Shown: positions 27,094 through 37,268, numbered from the stretch's first letter. The stretch is DNA of 64,000 nucleotides from Chloroflexota bacterium (GCA_023430545.1 JAEZAF010000199.1:4778-68777); one strand, 5' to 3'. A program made the numbers and translations. The notes: generated by a model not told the origin, from the sequence alone.

Positions 27094-27354
27094 TTACATT
27101 GCAGGTGGCTGACCAAGCTCCGCCAGACGACGGCGTGCGGCAGCCTTGCCTTCTTCAATGCCTTCCTGCACTGGATCTGATGGGCCTAAGGTGCTGAGCC
27201 TGGCCTGTACACCGCTTGCCACCTGACTCACCCGGTCTACCGGACGGATGCGAGGCCCACGGATCAGCGTCAGGATACCGCCTGCCACCAGTCCCCAGAA
27301 AAAACCTGCCAGCACCGTACCTTCACGCAGTTGTTGTTTCTTTTGCAGCTTCAT
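27094..27354 (-). CDS. YtxH-like small protein
   Basis: 86 aa with an N-terminal Gly-rich helix LAGFFWGLVAGGILTL followed by a charged helical tail. Last gene of a tightly packed three-gene minus-strand operon. Confidence 0.4.
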   Translation of the reverse strand: MKLQKKQQLREGTVLAGFFWGLVAGGILTLIRGPRIRPVDRVSQVASGVQARLSTLGPSDPVQEGIEEGKAAARRRLAELGQPPAM

Positions 27355-27356
27355 GG

Positions 27357-27830
27357 TTACTGATCCTTCGCAGTCCGGCGGACGGCACGTCGGATGCCGC
27401 CCAGTTCACGCAGAAACACCGATGCACCGGCGGTGAAGCCTCCAAATTTGACCAGCGGCGTTGCCACACTCTCACTGACAAACTGCGCTGATCCCTTGAC
27501 TGTCTTCAGCGTCTCCTGAAGATTATTCAGCGCTGGCTTGATCTCATTCTGAAGGAGATTGACGAGGTTCGCGACCTGAATGACCAGCACCACCAGCGCC
27601 AGCGCAATCAGAATACCTTGCAGCATCAGGATGATGATAAACACATCACGCACCATGCCGAAAAATTCGGCTGCCCCCTGAACATTGGTTATCGCAAATA
27701 TAAAGCTCACGATAAACAGCAGCAAAATCACACCCACGACCGCACCGCCAGCGATCATGGCATAGCGGGTAAATGGCAGGCTTTTCTTCTCTTCGGCTGC
27801 CGGGGGTTGGTAGGTCTCGACTTCAGACAT
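27357..27830 (-). CDS. Hypothetical membrane protein (two TM helices plus helical C-terminal region, DUF948-like)
   Basis: 157 aa with two long hydrophobic helices, then LVNLLQNEIKPALNNLQETLKTVKG. There is a 2-nt gap to the next gene. Confidence 0.4.
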   Translation of the reverse strand: MSEVETYQPPAAEEKKSLPFTRYAMIAGGAVVGVILLLFIVSFIFAITNVQGAAEFFGMVRDVFIIILMLQGILIALALVVLVIQVANLVNLLQNEIKPALNNLQETLKTVKGSAQFVSESVATPLVKFGGFTAGASVFLRELGGIRRAVRRTAKDQ

Positions 27831-27833
27831 GCA

Positions 27834-28118
27834 TCATCCTTTGCGTATGCTTCTGCGCCGCACGCGCTTTGAAGTCATGATACGTGCGACCATGAGGGCC
27901 ACGAATGCTCCGACAAGTGCTGTGAGCAAATGCAGAGAGCCGACTTTAAAATAAGCGACATCAAAGATTACGCCCATCACATGACCAATCGCGAAACCCA
28001 ACCAGCCCGAAAGCAGGAAAAGAGCGAGTCGACGTGCGTCGCCACCAAACACCAGATGGAAGGTGGAAGCGATAAAGGTTGACAAAATAAAACCAAAAAC
28101 AAAGCTGGGACTAGGCAT
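27834..28118 (-). CDS. Hypothetical small 3-TM membrane protein
   Basis: 94 aa, three hydrophobic helices and a basic C-terminus. First gene of the three-gene operon. Confidence 0.4.
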   Translation of the reverse strand: MPSPSFVFGFILSTFIASTFHLVFGGDARRLALFLLSGWLGFAIGHVMGVIFDVAYFKVGSLHLLTALVGAFVALMVARIMTSKRVRRRSIRKG

Positions 28119-28256
28119 GTTTGGCCGTAAATCGAATAGATGCTACAATGAAAGGGTTAGTGTAACATAAATGCACCCTATGAACATCGCTTAGCTTGCC
28201 TGGTTGCCTGTTTGATTATTTCATTGATTACCTGCATAACTGCATAACTGCTTACT

Positions 28257-29738
28257 ATGACACTTATTGATAATCGGATTTTGATTCCCGCTTCACAGGA
28301 GCGCATCTGGGCGCTGGTCAGCGATCTACAGCAGAATCCCCAGTGGCAGGTCGATTGTGAGGCAGTCTCGATCCTGACGACGATGAAAAGCGGACAGGGG
28401 ACGCGCTGGCGTTCCGTCTCCAAAAGTGGACGCGAACAGGTCCTTGAGATTACGGCCTGGTATGATCGGCTCGGCTATGAATACCGCATTGTCGATGGCA
28501 CCAGCTTACAATCCAATAAGGGACTATTCCGCCTGCAGGAGATCCCCGAAGGCACGATCGTTCAGTGGACCTTCAGCTATGAGCCTGCTGGCTTCCTCAG
28601 TGGGTTGCAGGATTCACTCCGCACGCGCCGCAAGCTGGAATCCGAAATTGTAGACAGCCTGCGCCAGCTTTATCGGGTGATGACCAATCGCAGCCAACCA
28701 GCCAGCTTTGAGACCAAAGCCCTGATCCGCGAAGCGCCCGATGTTGAAGCACGCGCACACTATCAGCCGCGCCATCCCTCAAATGTCGAAGGTGTCACGG
28801 CCAGCGCTTCATCTGAAAGCTCATCTGCTCCTGCCAGACCTGTCCCGGCTGAGGAACAGATCACACGGACTGGTATTGATCTGACGCCTGAACCACACAT
28901 CGCAGAGGGTGATACACGGCCAAATCCGGCTGTCAGCCCGACCGCCGTCCAGCCGATGGAACAAGTCGAGCCTGCTGAGCCAATTCAGCCCGCGCCAACA
29001 GAGGTGACAGAGACTACGGCTCCAGCCGCCCGTCAGACAACGGACGCGGACGCCGATGCTGCATTTCGTCCCCCTGCCCCAACGGTTACATCGACACCTG
29101 CTGTCCCGGTCGCCGACCCGGATCAGACAGACAGACCTGCTGCTGTACCTGATACACTGACCTCTGAGATGCCTGTCTCTCAAACCGCTGAAACGGTCGA
29201 GATCTCCAGCATCTCCAGCCTGCCTTCAGTGTCAGAAGAAGCACCCGTATCAACATCCGTGCCGCCAGCGCCTCAACCTGAACCAGCCGCTGAACCAATC
29301 ACCGCACAACCGAACTATTCGGAAGCAGTCAGCAAGCCTGACAGTGGTACCGAATCCATACTGGATACCCGCGAGGTCGATACGGCCAAGATCAGCGTCT
29401 TCGAGTTATTCGGTATTCCCAGACCCAGCGAGACACAGGAAACGCAGCGCATTGACATACCGCAGATCAGCGACTCCAGTGATCTGATTGCTACCGTGGT
29501 CGATGACCCTGTCGAGCAGGTCAAACCTGTGGAACCGGTTCAGCCAACCAAATCCGAACCTGTATCTGAGACTTCGCCAGATCCAGCGGCGATTGCAGAA
29601 ATACAGCAAAGGCGCACCGTCACAACAACAGCGGTCGTTGTGGGGACGTATAGCGCTCCATATACCGGACGGATTGGCCTGCGCTGGCGGATGCGTCAGA
29701 AAGCGGTCAGCATCCGCCGTCCCCGTGGATCAGACTGA
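28257..29738 (+). CDS. SRPBCC (START/Bet v1-like) domain protein with long Pro/Thr/Glu/Ala-rich disordered tail
   Basis: The N-terminal ~150 aa (ILIPASQERIWALVSDLQQNPQW...) fit the polyketide cyclase/SRPBCC pattern. About 340 aa of low-complexity sequence follow. Confidence 0.6.
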   Translation: MTLIDNRILIPASQERIWALVSDLQQNPQWQVDCEAVSILTTMKSGQGTRWRSVSKSGREQVLEITAWYDRLGYEYRIVDGTSLQSNKGLFRLQEIPEGTIVQWTFSYEPAGFLSGLQDSLRTRRKLESEIVDSLRQLYRVMTNRSQPASFETKALIREAPDVEARAHYQPRHPSNVEGVTASASSESSSAPARPVPAEEQITRTGIDLTPEPHIAEGDTRPNPAVSPTAVQPMEQVEPAEPIQPAPTEVTETTAPAARQTTDADADAAFRPPAPTVTSTPAVPVADPDQTDRPAAVPDTLTSEMPVSQTAETVEISSISSLPSVSEEAPVSTSVPPAPQPEPAAEPITAQPNYSEAVSKPDSGTESILDTREVDTAKISVFELFGIPRPSETQETQRIDIPQISDSSDLIATVVDDPVEQVKPVEPVQPTKSEPVSETSPDPAAIAEIQQRRTVTTTAVVVGTYSAPYTGRIGLRWRMRQKAVSIRRPRGSD

Positions 29739-29760
29739 TCGCGTAAGCCAGAGATGAAGC

Positions 29761-29799
29761 AAAAAAAGAAGCGTCTGATTTGATCAGACGCTTCTTTTG
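29761..29799. terminator. Bidirectional intrinsic terminator between the SRPBCC gene and tRNA-His
   Basis: A7 run, 13-bp stem AGAAGCGTCTGAT / ATCAGACGCTTCT, then a T-run. Confidence 0.85.
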
Positions 29800-29804
29800 G
29801 TAGG

Positions 29805-29878
29805 GGTGGCTGACGGGGCTCGAACCCGCGACCTTCTAGGCCACAACCAGACACTCTGCCAACTGAGCTACAGCCACC
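29805..29878 (-). tRNA. tRNA-His (anticodon GUG)
   Basis: Hand-folded cloverleaf: encoded G-1 pairing with C73, acceptor GUGGCUG/CAGCCAC, anticodon loop UUGUGGC and T-loop UUCGAGC. The 3' CCA is not encoded (CCU follows). Confidence 0.9.
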
Positions 29879-29937
29879 ATACTGCGAATAAGTATAGCAA
29901 ATCCGCAGTACGGTGTCCAGACTAGGCTGAAAATTTC

Positions 29938-31227
29938 CTACGACGGAGATGCAAACCGGAAGATCCGGCCACCGTAGTCCACAATATAGAGTTCACCGTT
30001 TTCGTCTTCACCGAACGAGCTGATCTGCATCTGTGGGGTCATAAACAGATCGGTCTGCCAGCTTCCACTGCCATCCCGATAGCTTGCCCAGATGCGGCCA
30101 GAGCAGTAATCACCGAACAGATAGACGCCTTCCAGCTCGCTGACCTGTTCGCCACGGTAGACGTAGCCGCCCGTGATCGAGCAGCCGTTTTCGCCATGCT
30201 GATACTCGGCAATCGGGTAGATCATGCCTTCGGGGGCAGTCCCACCAGCGAATGGCATCGACCCTTCGAACACATTCCAGCCGAAGTTCATCCCGCCCGG
30301 TGTGCCAGCCTCGATAAAGTTGACCTCTTCCCAACGGTTCTGGCCGACATCCGCGATATACAGGTCACCCGTTGCACGGTCAAAGCTGAAGCGCCAGACA
30401 TTCCGCAGACCGTAGGCCCAAACCTCTGGCGCAAAATTGGCATCACTGGCCGAGGGGTTGTCATCGGGGACAGCGTATGACCCTTCACCTTCTTCACTAT
30501 CCACATCAATCCGCAGCAGTGACCCAAGAAGATCTGACGGATTCTGACCCGTCGCCAGCGGATCATTGGCTGAGCCGCCATCCCCAACCGAGATATACAG
30601 GTATCCATCCGGGCCGAATGCCATCTGACCGCCGTTATGATTGGCATACGGCTGAGGAATCGTCAGCAGCAGCGACTCACTGCCTGCGTCGCCAACATTC
30701 GGATCATCCGCTGAAACGCTGAAGCGTGAGACATGTGTTGTCCCGTCGCCACGGGTGGTGTAATTCACATAGAAGTAGCCGTTTTCGGCGTAATTTGGAT
30801 GGAATGCCAGCCCCAGCAGGCCGCGCTCGGAATACCCTGACAGGACATCCTGGCTGACTCGGTCTGAGAGATCGAGGAACGCATCAGGAAGCTGCTCGCC
30901 ATCCTGAAGGATATAGATCTGTCCGGTCTGCTGAAGGACGAAGATGCGACCAGAGCCATCTGGTGAATAGGTCATATAAAGCGGTGAACGGAACCCACCT
31001 GCAACCTGTTCCAGCACGACATTCGACGGATTAGGGGCGGCATCGCGCAGCGTGATGACATCCTCAGTCACCTGAGCTTCTGTTTCCGCTCCTGCTTCTG
31101 CCGTCGCTCCTTCCGTAGGTTCTTCAGTCGCCGCATCATCCTGTGCGAATACCATGCCGACGCTGATCAGCAAGGTCAATATCCCAATCATCAACGCAAT
31201 TCGTTTTGATAGATGCCAAAGCTTCAA
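29938..31227 (-). CDS. PQQ-dependent (soluble aldose) sugar dehydrogenase family protein, secreted
   Basis: Signal anchor plus GLLGLAFHPNYAENGYFYVNYT, HNGGQMAFGPDGYLYISVGDGG and GLRNVWRFSFD motifs of the YliI/sGDH beta-propeller family. Confidence 0.8.
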   Translation of the reverse strand: MKLWHLSKRIALMIGILTLLISVGMVFAQDDAATEEPTEGATAEAGAETEAQVTEDVITLRDAAPNPSNVVLEQVAGGFRSPLYMTYSPDGSGRIFVLQQTGQIYILQDGEQLPDAFLDLSDRVSQDVLSGYSERGLLGLAFHPNYAENGYFYVNYTTRGDGTTHVSRFSVSADDPNVGDAGSESLLLTIPQPYANHNGGQMAFGPDGYLYISVGDGGSANDPLATGQNPSDLLGSLLRIDVDSEEGEGSYAVPDDNPSASDANFAPEVWAYGLRNVWRFSFDRATGDLYIADVGQNRWEEVNFIEAGTPGGMNFGWNVFEGSMPFAGGTAPEGMIYPIAEYQHGENGCSITGGYVYRGEQVSELEGVYLFGDYCSGRIWASYRDGSGSWQTDLFMTPQMQISSFGEDENGELYIVDYGGRIFRFASPS

Positions 31228-31331
31228 CTTGTTCTTCCTTCGCTACTTTCCGTTAATGAGACAGAGCGTTGTAAAGCGGGCAGAGGATAACACGCAAAAT
31301 TAAGTCAGGCATGAAAAGCCATCTGCAAATC

Positions 31332-31365
31332 AAAAAGAGACATCCCATGATGGGATATCTCTTTG
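31332..31365 (-). terminator. Intrinsic terminator after ugd
   Basis: 12-bp stem (one mismatch) AGAGATATCCCA / TGGGATGTCTCT on the minus strand, followed by TTTTTGATTTG. Confidence 0.75.
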
Positions 31366-31396
31366 GGTAGTGCTGAATAACGCCTGATTGATGGGG

Positions 31397-32734
31397 TTAG
31401 GCGTGTACGCGCTCTTCGCTCAGGATACCACTGCCGTTATAACCACGGCCTACACCGCGATAGGTAAAGCCGAGGCTGGTCATCTTGGCCGGATCGTACA
31501 TATTGCGTCCGTCCAGGAGGATGGGGCTTGCCATGAGATCGCGCAGCTTTGCCATATCCAACTGCTTGAACTCATTCCATGGGGTCGCCAGCACAACGGC
31601 ATCCGCGCCCTGAGCAACTTCATACGGGTCATTGCACATCTGGATCGCCGGCATCTGGCTGGCGGTATTTTCCATCGCGACCGGGTCATAACCCTTGACG
31701 GTGGCACCGCGCTCGATCAGGTGCTGGGCAATCGCAAGTGACGGCGATTCGCGGATGTCGTCGGTATTTTCCTTGAAGGCCAGCCCCAGCAGACCAATCG
31801 TCTTGCCAGCGACATCACCGAGCAGATCATCCAGCTTCAGGATGACATGCTTACGCTGATATTCGTTGATCTCCATCACGGCGTTCAGAAGCTGCGGGTG
31901 CATCCCATGAGTCTGAGCCATATGTGCCAGCGCCTTCACATCTTTCGGGAAGCAGCTTCCACCGTAGCCGACACCGGCCTGAAGGAAGTGGTGGCCGATA
32001 CGCTTGTCGAAACCCATGCCCTGCGCCACTTCGATCACATCAGCGCCGAGTTTTTCGCAGATGATGCTGATCTCATTGATGAAGCTGATACGGGTCGCGA
32101 GGAAAGCATTCGACGCGTACTTGATCATTTCAGCGGTGCGAAGGTCGGTCATGACAATCGGCGCACGCAGCGGCAGGTAAAGCTGTGCGACCGCTTCGGC
32201 TGCCTTGAGATCGGTCGAACCGAGCACCGTGCGGTCAGTTGCCATAAAGTCGAGCACTGCCGAACCTTCACGCAGGAATTCCGGGCAGCTTACCACCGAG
32301 AAATCAATGGGGGTGGGCTGGCTGCTGCGGATGATGTCCGCCACAAAGTCACCCGTGCCGACCGGAACGGTCGATTTATTGATGATGATCAGCGGACGGG
32401 TCATGGTCCGGGCGATCGTCTCCGCCGCGGCACGCACGTACTTCAGATCGGCTTCACCATCCACACCCGACGGCGTGCCGACACAGATAAACACAAACTC
32501 TGCATCCTTCAGACCTTCTTCGTATGAGGTGGAAAAGGACAGGCGGCCAGAGCGTACATTGCGCACAACCATCTCGCTGAGTCCGGGTTCGTAGATCGGC
32601 ATCACGCCGTTCCGCAGGTTTTGAATCTTGTTCTCGTCAATATCAACGGTGGTTACCTGATTACCAAGATCAGCGAAGCAGGTTCCATTTACAAGGCCGA
32701 CGTAGCCAGTACCAACGACACAGATGTTTTTCAT
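31397..32734 (-). CDS. ugd: UDP-glucose 6-dehydrogenase
   Basis: [12 protein letters not shown]-binding motif, catalytic GGSCFPKD and 445 aa, typical of Ugd. Confidence 0.9.
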   Translation of the reverse strand: MKNICVVGTGYVGLVNGTCFADLGNQVTTVDIDENKIQNLRNGVMPIYEPGLSEMVVRNVRSGRLSFSTSYEEGLKDAEFVFICVGTPSGVDGEADLKYVRAAAETIARTMTRPLIIINKSTVPVGTGDFVADIIRSSQPTPIDFSVVSCPEFLREGSAVLDFMATDRTVLGSTDLKAAEAVAQLYLPLRAPIVMTDLRTAEMIKYASNAFLATRISFINEISIICEKLGADVIEVAQGMGFDKRIGHHFLQAGVGYGGSCFPKDVKALAHMAQTHGMHPQLLNAVMEINEYQRKHVILKLDDLLGDVAGKTIGLLGLAFKENTDDIRESPSLAIAQHLIERGATVKGYDPVAMENTASQMPAIQMCNDPYEVAQGADAVVLATPWNEFKQLDMAKLRDLMASPILLDGRNMYDPAKMTSLGFTYRGVGRGYNGSGILSEERVHA

Positions 32735-32897
32735 CGTATTTAAAGCTCCGAGTTTTCCAGATGACTGGACGTATCATGAATGAAACGGACGATATGGCAA
32801 ATGGCCGAATGGACCTATTCACCGCTACAGCATTTGCAGCTCGTTAACACTTGCTAACTGGCAGTTTTTAACTTGGCAGTCATAAACTGCTATGCAG

Positions 32898-34247
32898 CTA
32901 ACTTACAGGCTGCTTCCCCATCATCAGACGCGCAGCGCGTCTGCCGATCTCAACTGCAAAATTGGTCCCACGGTCCCACGGGTAGACATGGCTCATGCTG
33001 GCCCAGTACAACCCTTTGACAGGCGTCTCAATCGACGGGACATTCTGACTATGGTTCACGCCGGGGAATGGCTGTGCATAAGGCGCACGGAACACCCAGA
33101 ATTTGCGCACCCACTCCGGTTTGAAGGCCGGATTAAAGCGCGGCAGAACCGCCATAAACCGGTGTGCCAGTTCCTCTTCCGGCATGGTCAGATATTCGTG
33201 ACCAACGGGCACATAATCCCCACAGTAGACCAGCACATCTCCGCCGTAGTGGACTTTGTCCATCCAGTTGGTATGCTCGACCAGCGCCAGAAATGGGAAC
33301 TCACTCTGATCCTTCTGAGGACTGGTGGCAGGCAGATTCAGCCAGTAGGTACCATCGGTCAGCAGTGACTGTTTCAGCGCGAAGACCACACACACAGCAC
33401 CAATACTCTGGAGACGCGATGCCTTCTGCCCGTATTCGGTTGCGCTCAACCCTTCGGTGATGCGCAGCATCAGACCCGGTCCAACGGTACTCAATACCTG
33501 ATCGAAAACCTTCGCTTCGCCCTGAACCGTGAGCGTAAGCTTACCGTCCGTACTGGCGATTTGTTCCACCGGCGTGTTGAGGTGAATCTCGACACCACGC
33601 TTTTTAACCGCATCCGCCAGATCATCGACAAAGGACTGGAAGCCGCCTTCGTAAGTCCCCAGCCGCAGTGACCGTGTCTTGATCCGCGCCCACAGCCACG
33701 CCATGTTGACCTTCTCGTACAGATCACTGAACTTTCCGATCAGCAGCGGCTTCCACAGACGGGAATACGCTTCCTGTCCCATCGTCTGCTGAAGCCACTC
33801 ATGCGCCGTGACTTTTTCAAGTCCGCGCCAGTCGCGGGCCACATACTTCAGATATGCCCCGGCCAATGCCAGCCTCACCTTCGCGACCAGCGACAGCGGC
33901 AACTTGAACATCACCGAGTACGGTGTCATCTCCGAGCGAACAATCTGATTGTCCAGCCAGTAGCTGGTCTTCGGTCGCGGGAAGAAGATCTTCTCGCGTA
34001 CACCGATTTCTTCAGCCAGCGTCAGCAGATCCTGATCAGTCTCGAACCAGTGGTGATAGAACTTTTCGAGGCTCCATTCCCAGTTCGTATCACGGAAGCC
34101 GGCCGCCAGCCCACCGACCTCACTACCTGCCTCATAGACGGTGACATGATGACCATCAAGGGAGAGATCCCATGCGGCAGAGAGGCCCGCGACACCTGCG
34201 CCGATAACGGCGACGTGTCTGCCAGTTGTATTTGTGTTATTCGTCAT
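32898..34247 (-). CDS. NAD(P)/FAD-dependent oxidoreductase (amine oxidase / phytoene desaturase-like family)
   Basis: N-terminal VAVIGAGVAGLSAA...YEAGSEVGGL dinucleotide-binding motif. The substrate cannot be assigned. Confidence 0.7.
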   Translation of the reverse strand: MTNNTNTTGRHVAVIGAGVAGLSAAWDLSLDGHHVTVYEAGSEVGGLAAGFRDTNWEWSLEKFYHHWFETDQDLLTLAEEIGVREKIFFPRPKTSYWLDNQIVRSEMTPYSVMFKLPLSLVAKVRLALAGAYLKYVARDWRGLEKVTAHEWLQQTMGQEAYSRLWKPLLIGKFSDLYEKVNMAWLWARIKTRSLRLGTYEGGFQSFVDDLADAVKKRGVEIHLNTPVEQIASTDGKLTLTVQGEAKVFDQVLSTVGPGLMLRITEGLSATEYGQKASRLQSIGAVCVVFALKQSLLTDGTYWLNLPATSPQKDQSEFPFLALVEHTNWMDKVHYGGDVLVYCGDYVPVGHEYLTMPEEELAHRFMAVLPRFNPAFKPEWVRKFWVFRAPYAQPFPGVNHSQNVPSIETPVKGLYWASMSHVYPWDRGTNFAVEIGRRAARLMMGKQPVS

Positions 34248-34396
34248 TCGCTGCGTGTGTTTGCTCCTTTACACGCTCAGGTCCATCTGTCAGATCGTTT
34301 GTTATGTATAAAGATACACTTAAGCGCCTGATTTTCATCAGGCGAACTCGTCTAAAGAACGTAAATAATGAAACATGTCACACAGAGCGCGTGACT

Positions 34397-35899
34397 TCAG
34401 TCGCTCACAAACCAGTCGAAATCGAAACCCGGCGGCAGATTATCCATGCCCGGATTGCTGGCGCGTTCTTCCAGCAGGGGAACCGGCATTCTGACCGTCG
34501 TCGCGGCAGGTGTGGCCGCAGTTAATACTGAAGCCGTGGTTGAGGCTGTACCGGTGGGATAATAAACTGGCGCTGGTCGCTGCGATTCATCCCCCATCGT
34601 GCGGAACTCTGCCTGAATGACGGTGAGGATGGCTCCCAGGCCGAAAAAGATCGCCAGCGCGTTCACGATCCATCCAACCTGGGGCAGCGACGCCAGCAGC
34701 GCCAGAATGAACACTCCAATCCCCAGACTGATGTACCATGAGCGCGTCGTGTTCAGCGGCATAAAGCCTGAGACCAGCAGCCGACCGAGCGCAACCGCCA
34801 TAATCATCCGCGAGATGAAGATCGCGATGAAGTAAAACAGGCTGGTCCCACCGATGTTGACAATGCCGAGGATGATCCCCCCGGCGACGATCACGCCGTC
34901 GAGCCGCAGAAGTGCCAGAATTAGGATGACCAGCAGGCTCAGGATCAGCACCACCAGCACAATCGGAAATGACAGGATAAAGCTCAGCAGCCCCACTCCA
35001 AAGCTGGAAATCGGCTGGCGGCGTACCGCCCTGATCGGACGCTTAACAAATCCGGGTATCAACACCAGAGACACCAGCCCAAGCAGACCAAGTGTCGTAA
35101 ATTCGCGGATGACCTGATTGATGTAGATGCCTACCGCCCGCTGTGTATCCTGCTGTTCCATGAGTTCAAGAAAGGCGGAATTGGTGATATTGGGGATAAA
35201 TACCGGCGGTGTTTCCATTTCGGCCAGGATCTCTCCCTGAGAAGGTGCGCGATATGTCAGCACACCACCGATGCTCGCTGGTTCTTCTACACGCAGACCG
35301 GGATCGATCAGTTCAATATTGAGCTGAAGGGGCAGCAGAAAGGTCTCAAGCTGAGACGCCACATTCTGCGAAGTTGCATCGCCGACCGATGCATCGACAT
35401 TCCCGGCGACTTCACCGGCAATTTTCAGTGCCGATCCCCAGAACTCGATTCCCTCAGTGACGTTGCCATCCACCGCAAGCTGATAACCCAGCGCGACGAT
35501 CTGCCCGGTGACCTGAGTCGCGGCGCGGATGCTGCCGCTAAGGCCGAGCAGAAAGACATCAGAGTCCAAGAGGTCCGAGCTGGATTCGATGTTGAGTGCC
35601 AGCCCGCCAAAATGGATGTCATCACCTACAGTGCCATGAATATCGAGTTCACCACCTGCCAGATAGATATTTTTATCGACACGGCCGTGAATTTCTGCAA
35701 GATAGGCCAGCCCGATCACATTCCCCTGAACGACCCCTTCGATCATCAACTGACGACAGAGGACGTAAAGGTTGCCTTCCACCACCCGCTCAGCCGGGAT
35801 TGTACAGATTTCCTGTTGAATGATGTCTGTTGCGGAGACACCCCCAGCAATGAGAAGCAGCAAGATCAGGAGCCACAAGCGTTTTCGTGCAGAGCGCAT
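34397..35899 (-). CDS. Membrane protein with N-terminal bactofilin-like beta-helix repeats and multi-TM C-terminal half (hypothetical)
   Basis: Signal anchor LWLLILLLLIAGGVSA, repeated G-x-V/I-x-G-x-I/V units and five or six TM helices. ATG 35899 is preceded by GAGGA; the track start 35962 is probably too long. Confidence 0.5.
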   Translation of the reverse strand: MRSARKRLWLLILLLLIAGGVSATDIIQQEICTIPAERVVEGNLYVLCRQLMIEGVVQGNVIGLAYLAEIHGRVDKNIYLAGGELDIHGTVGDDIHFGGLALNIESSSDLLDSDVFLLGLSGSIRAATQVTGQIVALGYQLAVDGNVTEGIEFWGSALKIAGEVAGNVDASVGDATSQNVASQLETFLLPLQLNIELIDPGLRVEEPASIGGVLTYRAPSQGEILAEMETPPVFIPNITNSAFLELMEQQDTQRAVGIYINQVIREFTTLGLLGLVSLVLIPGFVKRPIRAVRRQPISSFGVGLLSFILSFPIVLVVLILSLLVILILALLRLDGVIVAGGIILGIVNIGGTSLFYFIAIFISRMIMAVALGRLLVSGFMPLNTTRSWYISLGIGVFILALLASLPQVGWIVNALAIFFGLGAILTVIQAEFRTMGDESQRPAPVYYPTGTASTTASVLTAATPAATTVRMPVPLLEERASNPGMDNLPPGFDFDWFVSD

Positions 35900-36148
35900 C
35901 GTTGATCCTCGCGCTGTCACAACCAGGCGCAGATTTTCGGGTAAGTCACCCCATTGTACCATATGCCTCCTTCCTGATCAGACACTGACCACTCGGCAGG
36001 TGACTTCACATAAAGACCTACCCGCATGGACAGGGTGCCACCCTATCCACAAAGCGGATGTCCTCCGCTCTCGCATCTGCGACAATAAGTGCAGAGTTCA
36101 CTATTGAGTGTGATATCCGACAAAACCTCTCTCGAAGGAGCAGAAACC

Positions 36149-37174
36149 ATGAGTGAAAACCTCAAACAGTTCTCAGAAGCGCTGGCCGATGTGGTCGAAA
36201 ATGCGGCAAGGGGCATTGTCCGCGTTGAAGGACGCCGCCGCCTGCCTGCCACCGGTTTCATCTGGGCGGAAAATACCATCGTCACGGCGCATCACGTCGT
36301 GGAACGCGGCGAAAATCTTCAGATCGGTCTGGCTAATGGTGACACCGTTCCCGCCGAACTGATTGGCCGTGATCCCAGCACTGACATTGCCGTCCTGCGT
36401 GCCGCCACTGGAGACATCACCCTGCCCTACAGTGCTGAAGGTCTGCGTGTGGGCAATCTGGTGCTGGCTATCGGACGACCGGGAAACAGCGTTCAGGCTA
36501 CACTTGGAGTGGTCAGCGCTATTGGCGGCAACCAGTCTGACGATCAGGCAGAGTGGAACGCCCGTCAGCAGCGCCGCGCCGAACGTCAGGCGGAACGTCA
36601 TGAGCGCCATGCTGGGCGTCACGGTGGACGCGGACGCCGCTGGGGTGCTGATCCATCCGGCTTCCAGTTTTCGGTCGGCGGCTCCGGCCTACGGTCAGAA
36701 GGCGCAATTCAGACCGATGTCGTCATGTATCCCGGATTCTCCGGCGGCCCGCTGGTCGATGCATCCGGGCTGGTGCGCGGCCTGAATACCTCGGCGATCT
36801 CTCGTGGGGCCAGCATCACCGTCCCAGTGACGACCATCCAGCGCGTTGTCTCCACCCTGGTAGAACACGGACGTATGCGCCGTGGATTCCTCGGCATTGG
36901 GGCGCAGTCCATTCGGCTTCAGGAGTCAGTTGCCAGCGAAATCGGTCAGGACATCGGCCTGATGATCGTCTCCGTCGAAAGCGGAAGCCCTGCCGAACAG
37001 GGCGGCCTGTACGTTGGCGACATCCTGATCGCGCTCGATGGTCAGCCGATCCAGCTTGTCGATGAACTGCTGGCCCTGCTGAACGGTGATCGTGTTGGCA
37101 CAGCCGTCCCGGTCAGCGTCCTGCGCGGCGGGCAATTACAGCAGGTTGAAGTCACCATCGCCGAGAAAGTGTAA
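36149..37174 (+). CDS. Trypsin-like serine protease with C-terminal PDZ domain (HtrA/S1C family)
   Basis: Catalytic-triad contexts TAHHVV, DIAVLR and GFSGGPL, with PDZ segment GLMIVSVESGSPAEQGGLYVGDILIALDG. ATG 36149 is preceded by AAGGAG. No signal peptide is evident. Confidence 0.8.
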   Translation: MSENLKQFSEALADVVENAARGIVRVEGRRRLPATGFIWAENTIVTAHHVVERGENLQIGLANGDTVPAELIGRDPSTDIAVLRAATGDITLPYSAEGLRVGNLVLAIGRPGNSVQATLGVVSAIGGNQSDDQAEWNARQQRRAERQAERHERHAGRHGGRGRRWGADPSGFQFSVGGSGLRSEGAIQTDVVMYPGFSGGPLVDASGLVRGLNTSAISRGASITVPVTTIQRVVSTLVEHGRMRRGFLGIGAQSIRLQESVASEIGQDIGLMIVSVESGSPAEQGGLYVGDILIALDGQPIQLVDELLALLNGDRVGTAVPVSVLRGGQLQQVEVTIAEKV

Positions 37175-37268
37175 TCGGCTCATCTACAGCAGAGACAGTC
37201 GCTGATTCTCAGCACATCATGGGTTCAAACCATTCATAGACCAGAGAGAAGCAGGAACAGTACAGCGT

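Noticed and set aside
29739-29937. tRNA-His as a possible integration hotspot for a genomic island
   Set aside because: There is no integrase and no direct repeat of the tRNA 3' end. The flanking genes are ordinary chromosomal genes with normal GC content.
32840-32880. TGGCAG ... TTGGCAG direct repeat resembling a sigma54 -24/-12 promoter
   Set aside because: The GG to GC spacing is about 14 nt instead of 10. The motif is also on the plus strand, while both neighbouring genes are on the minus strand.
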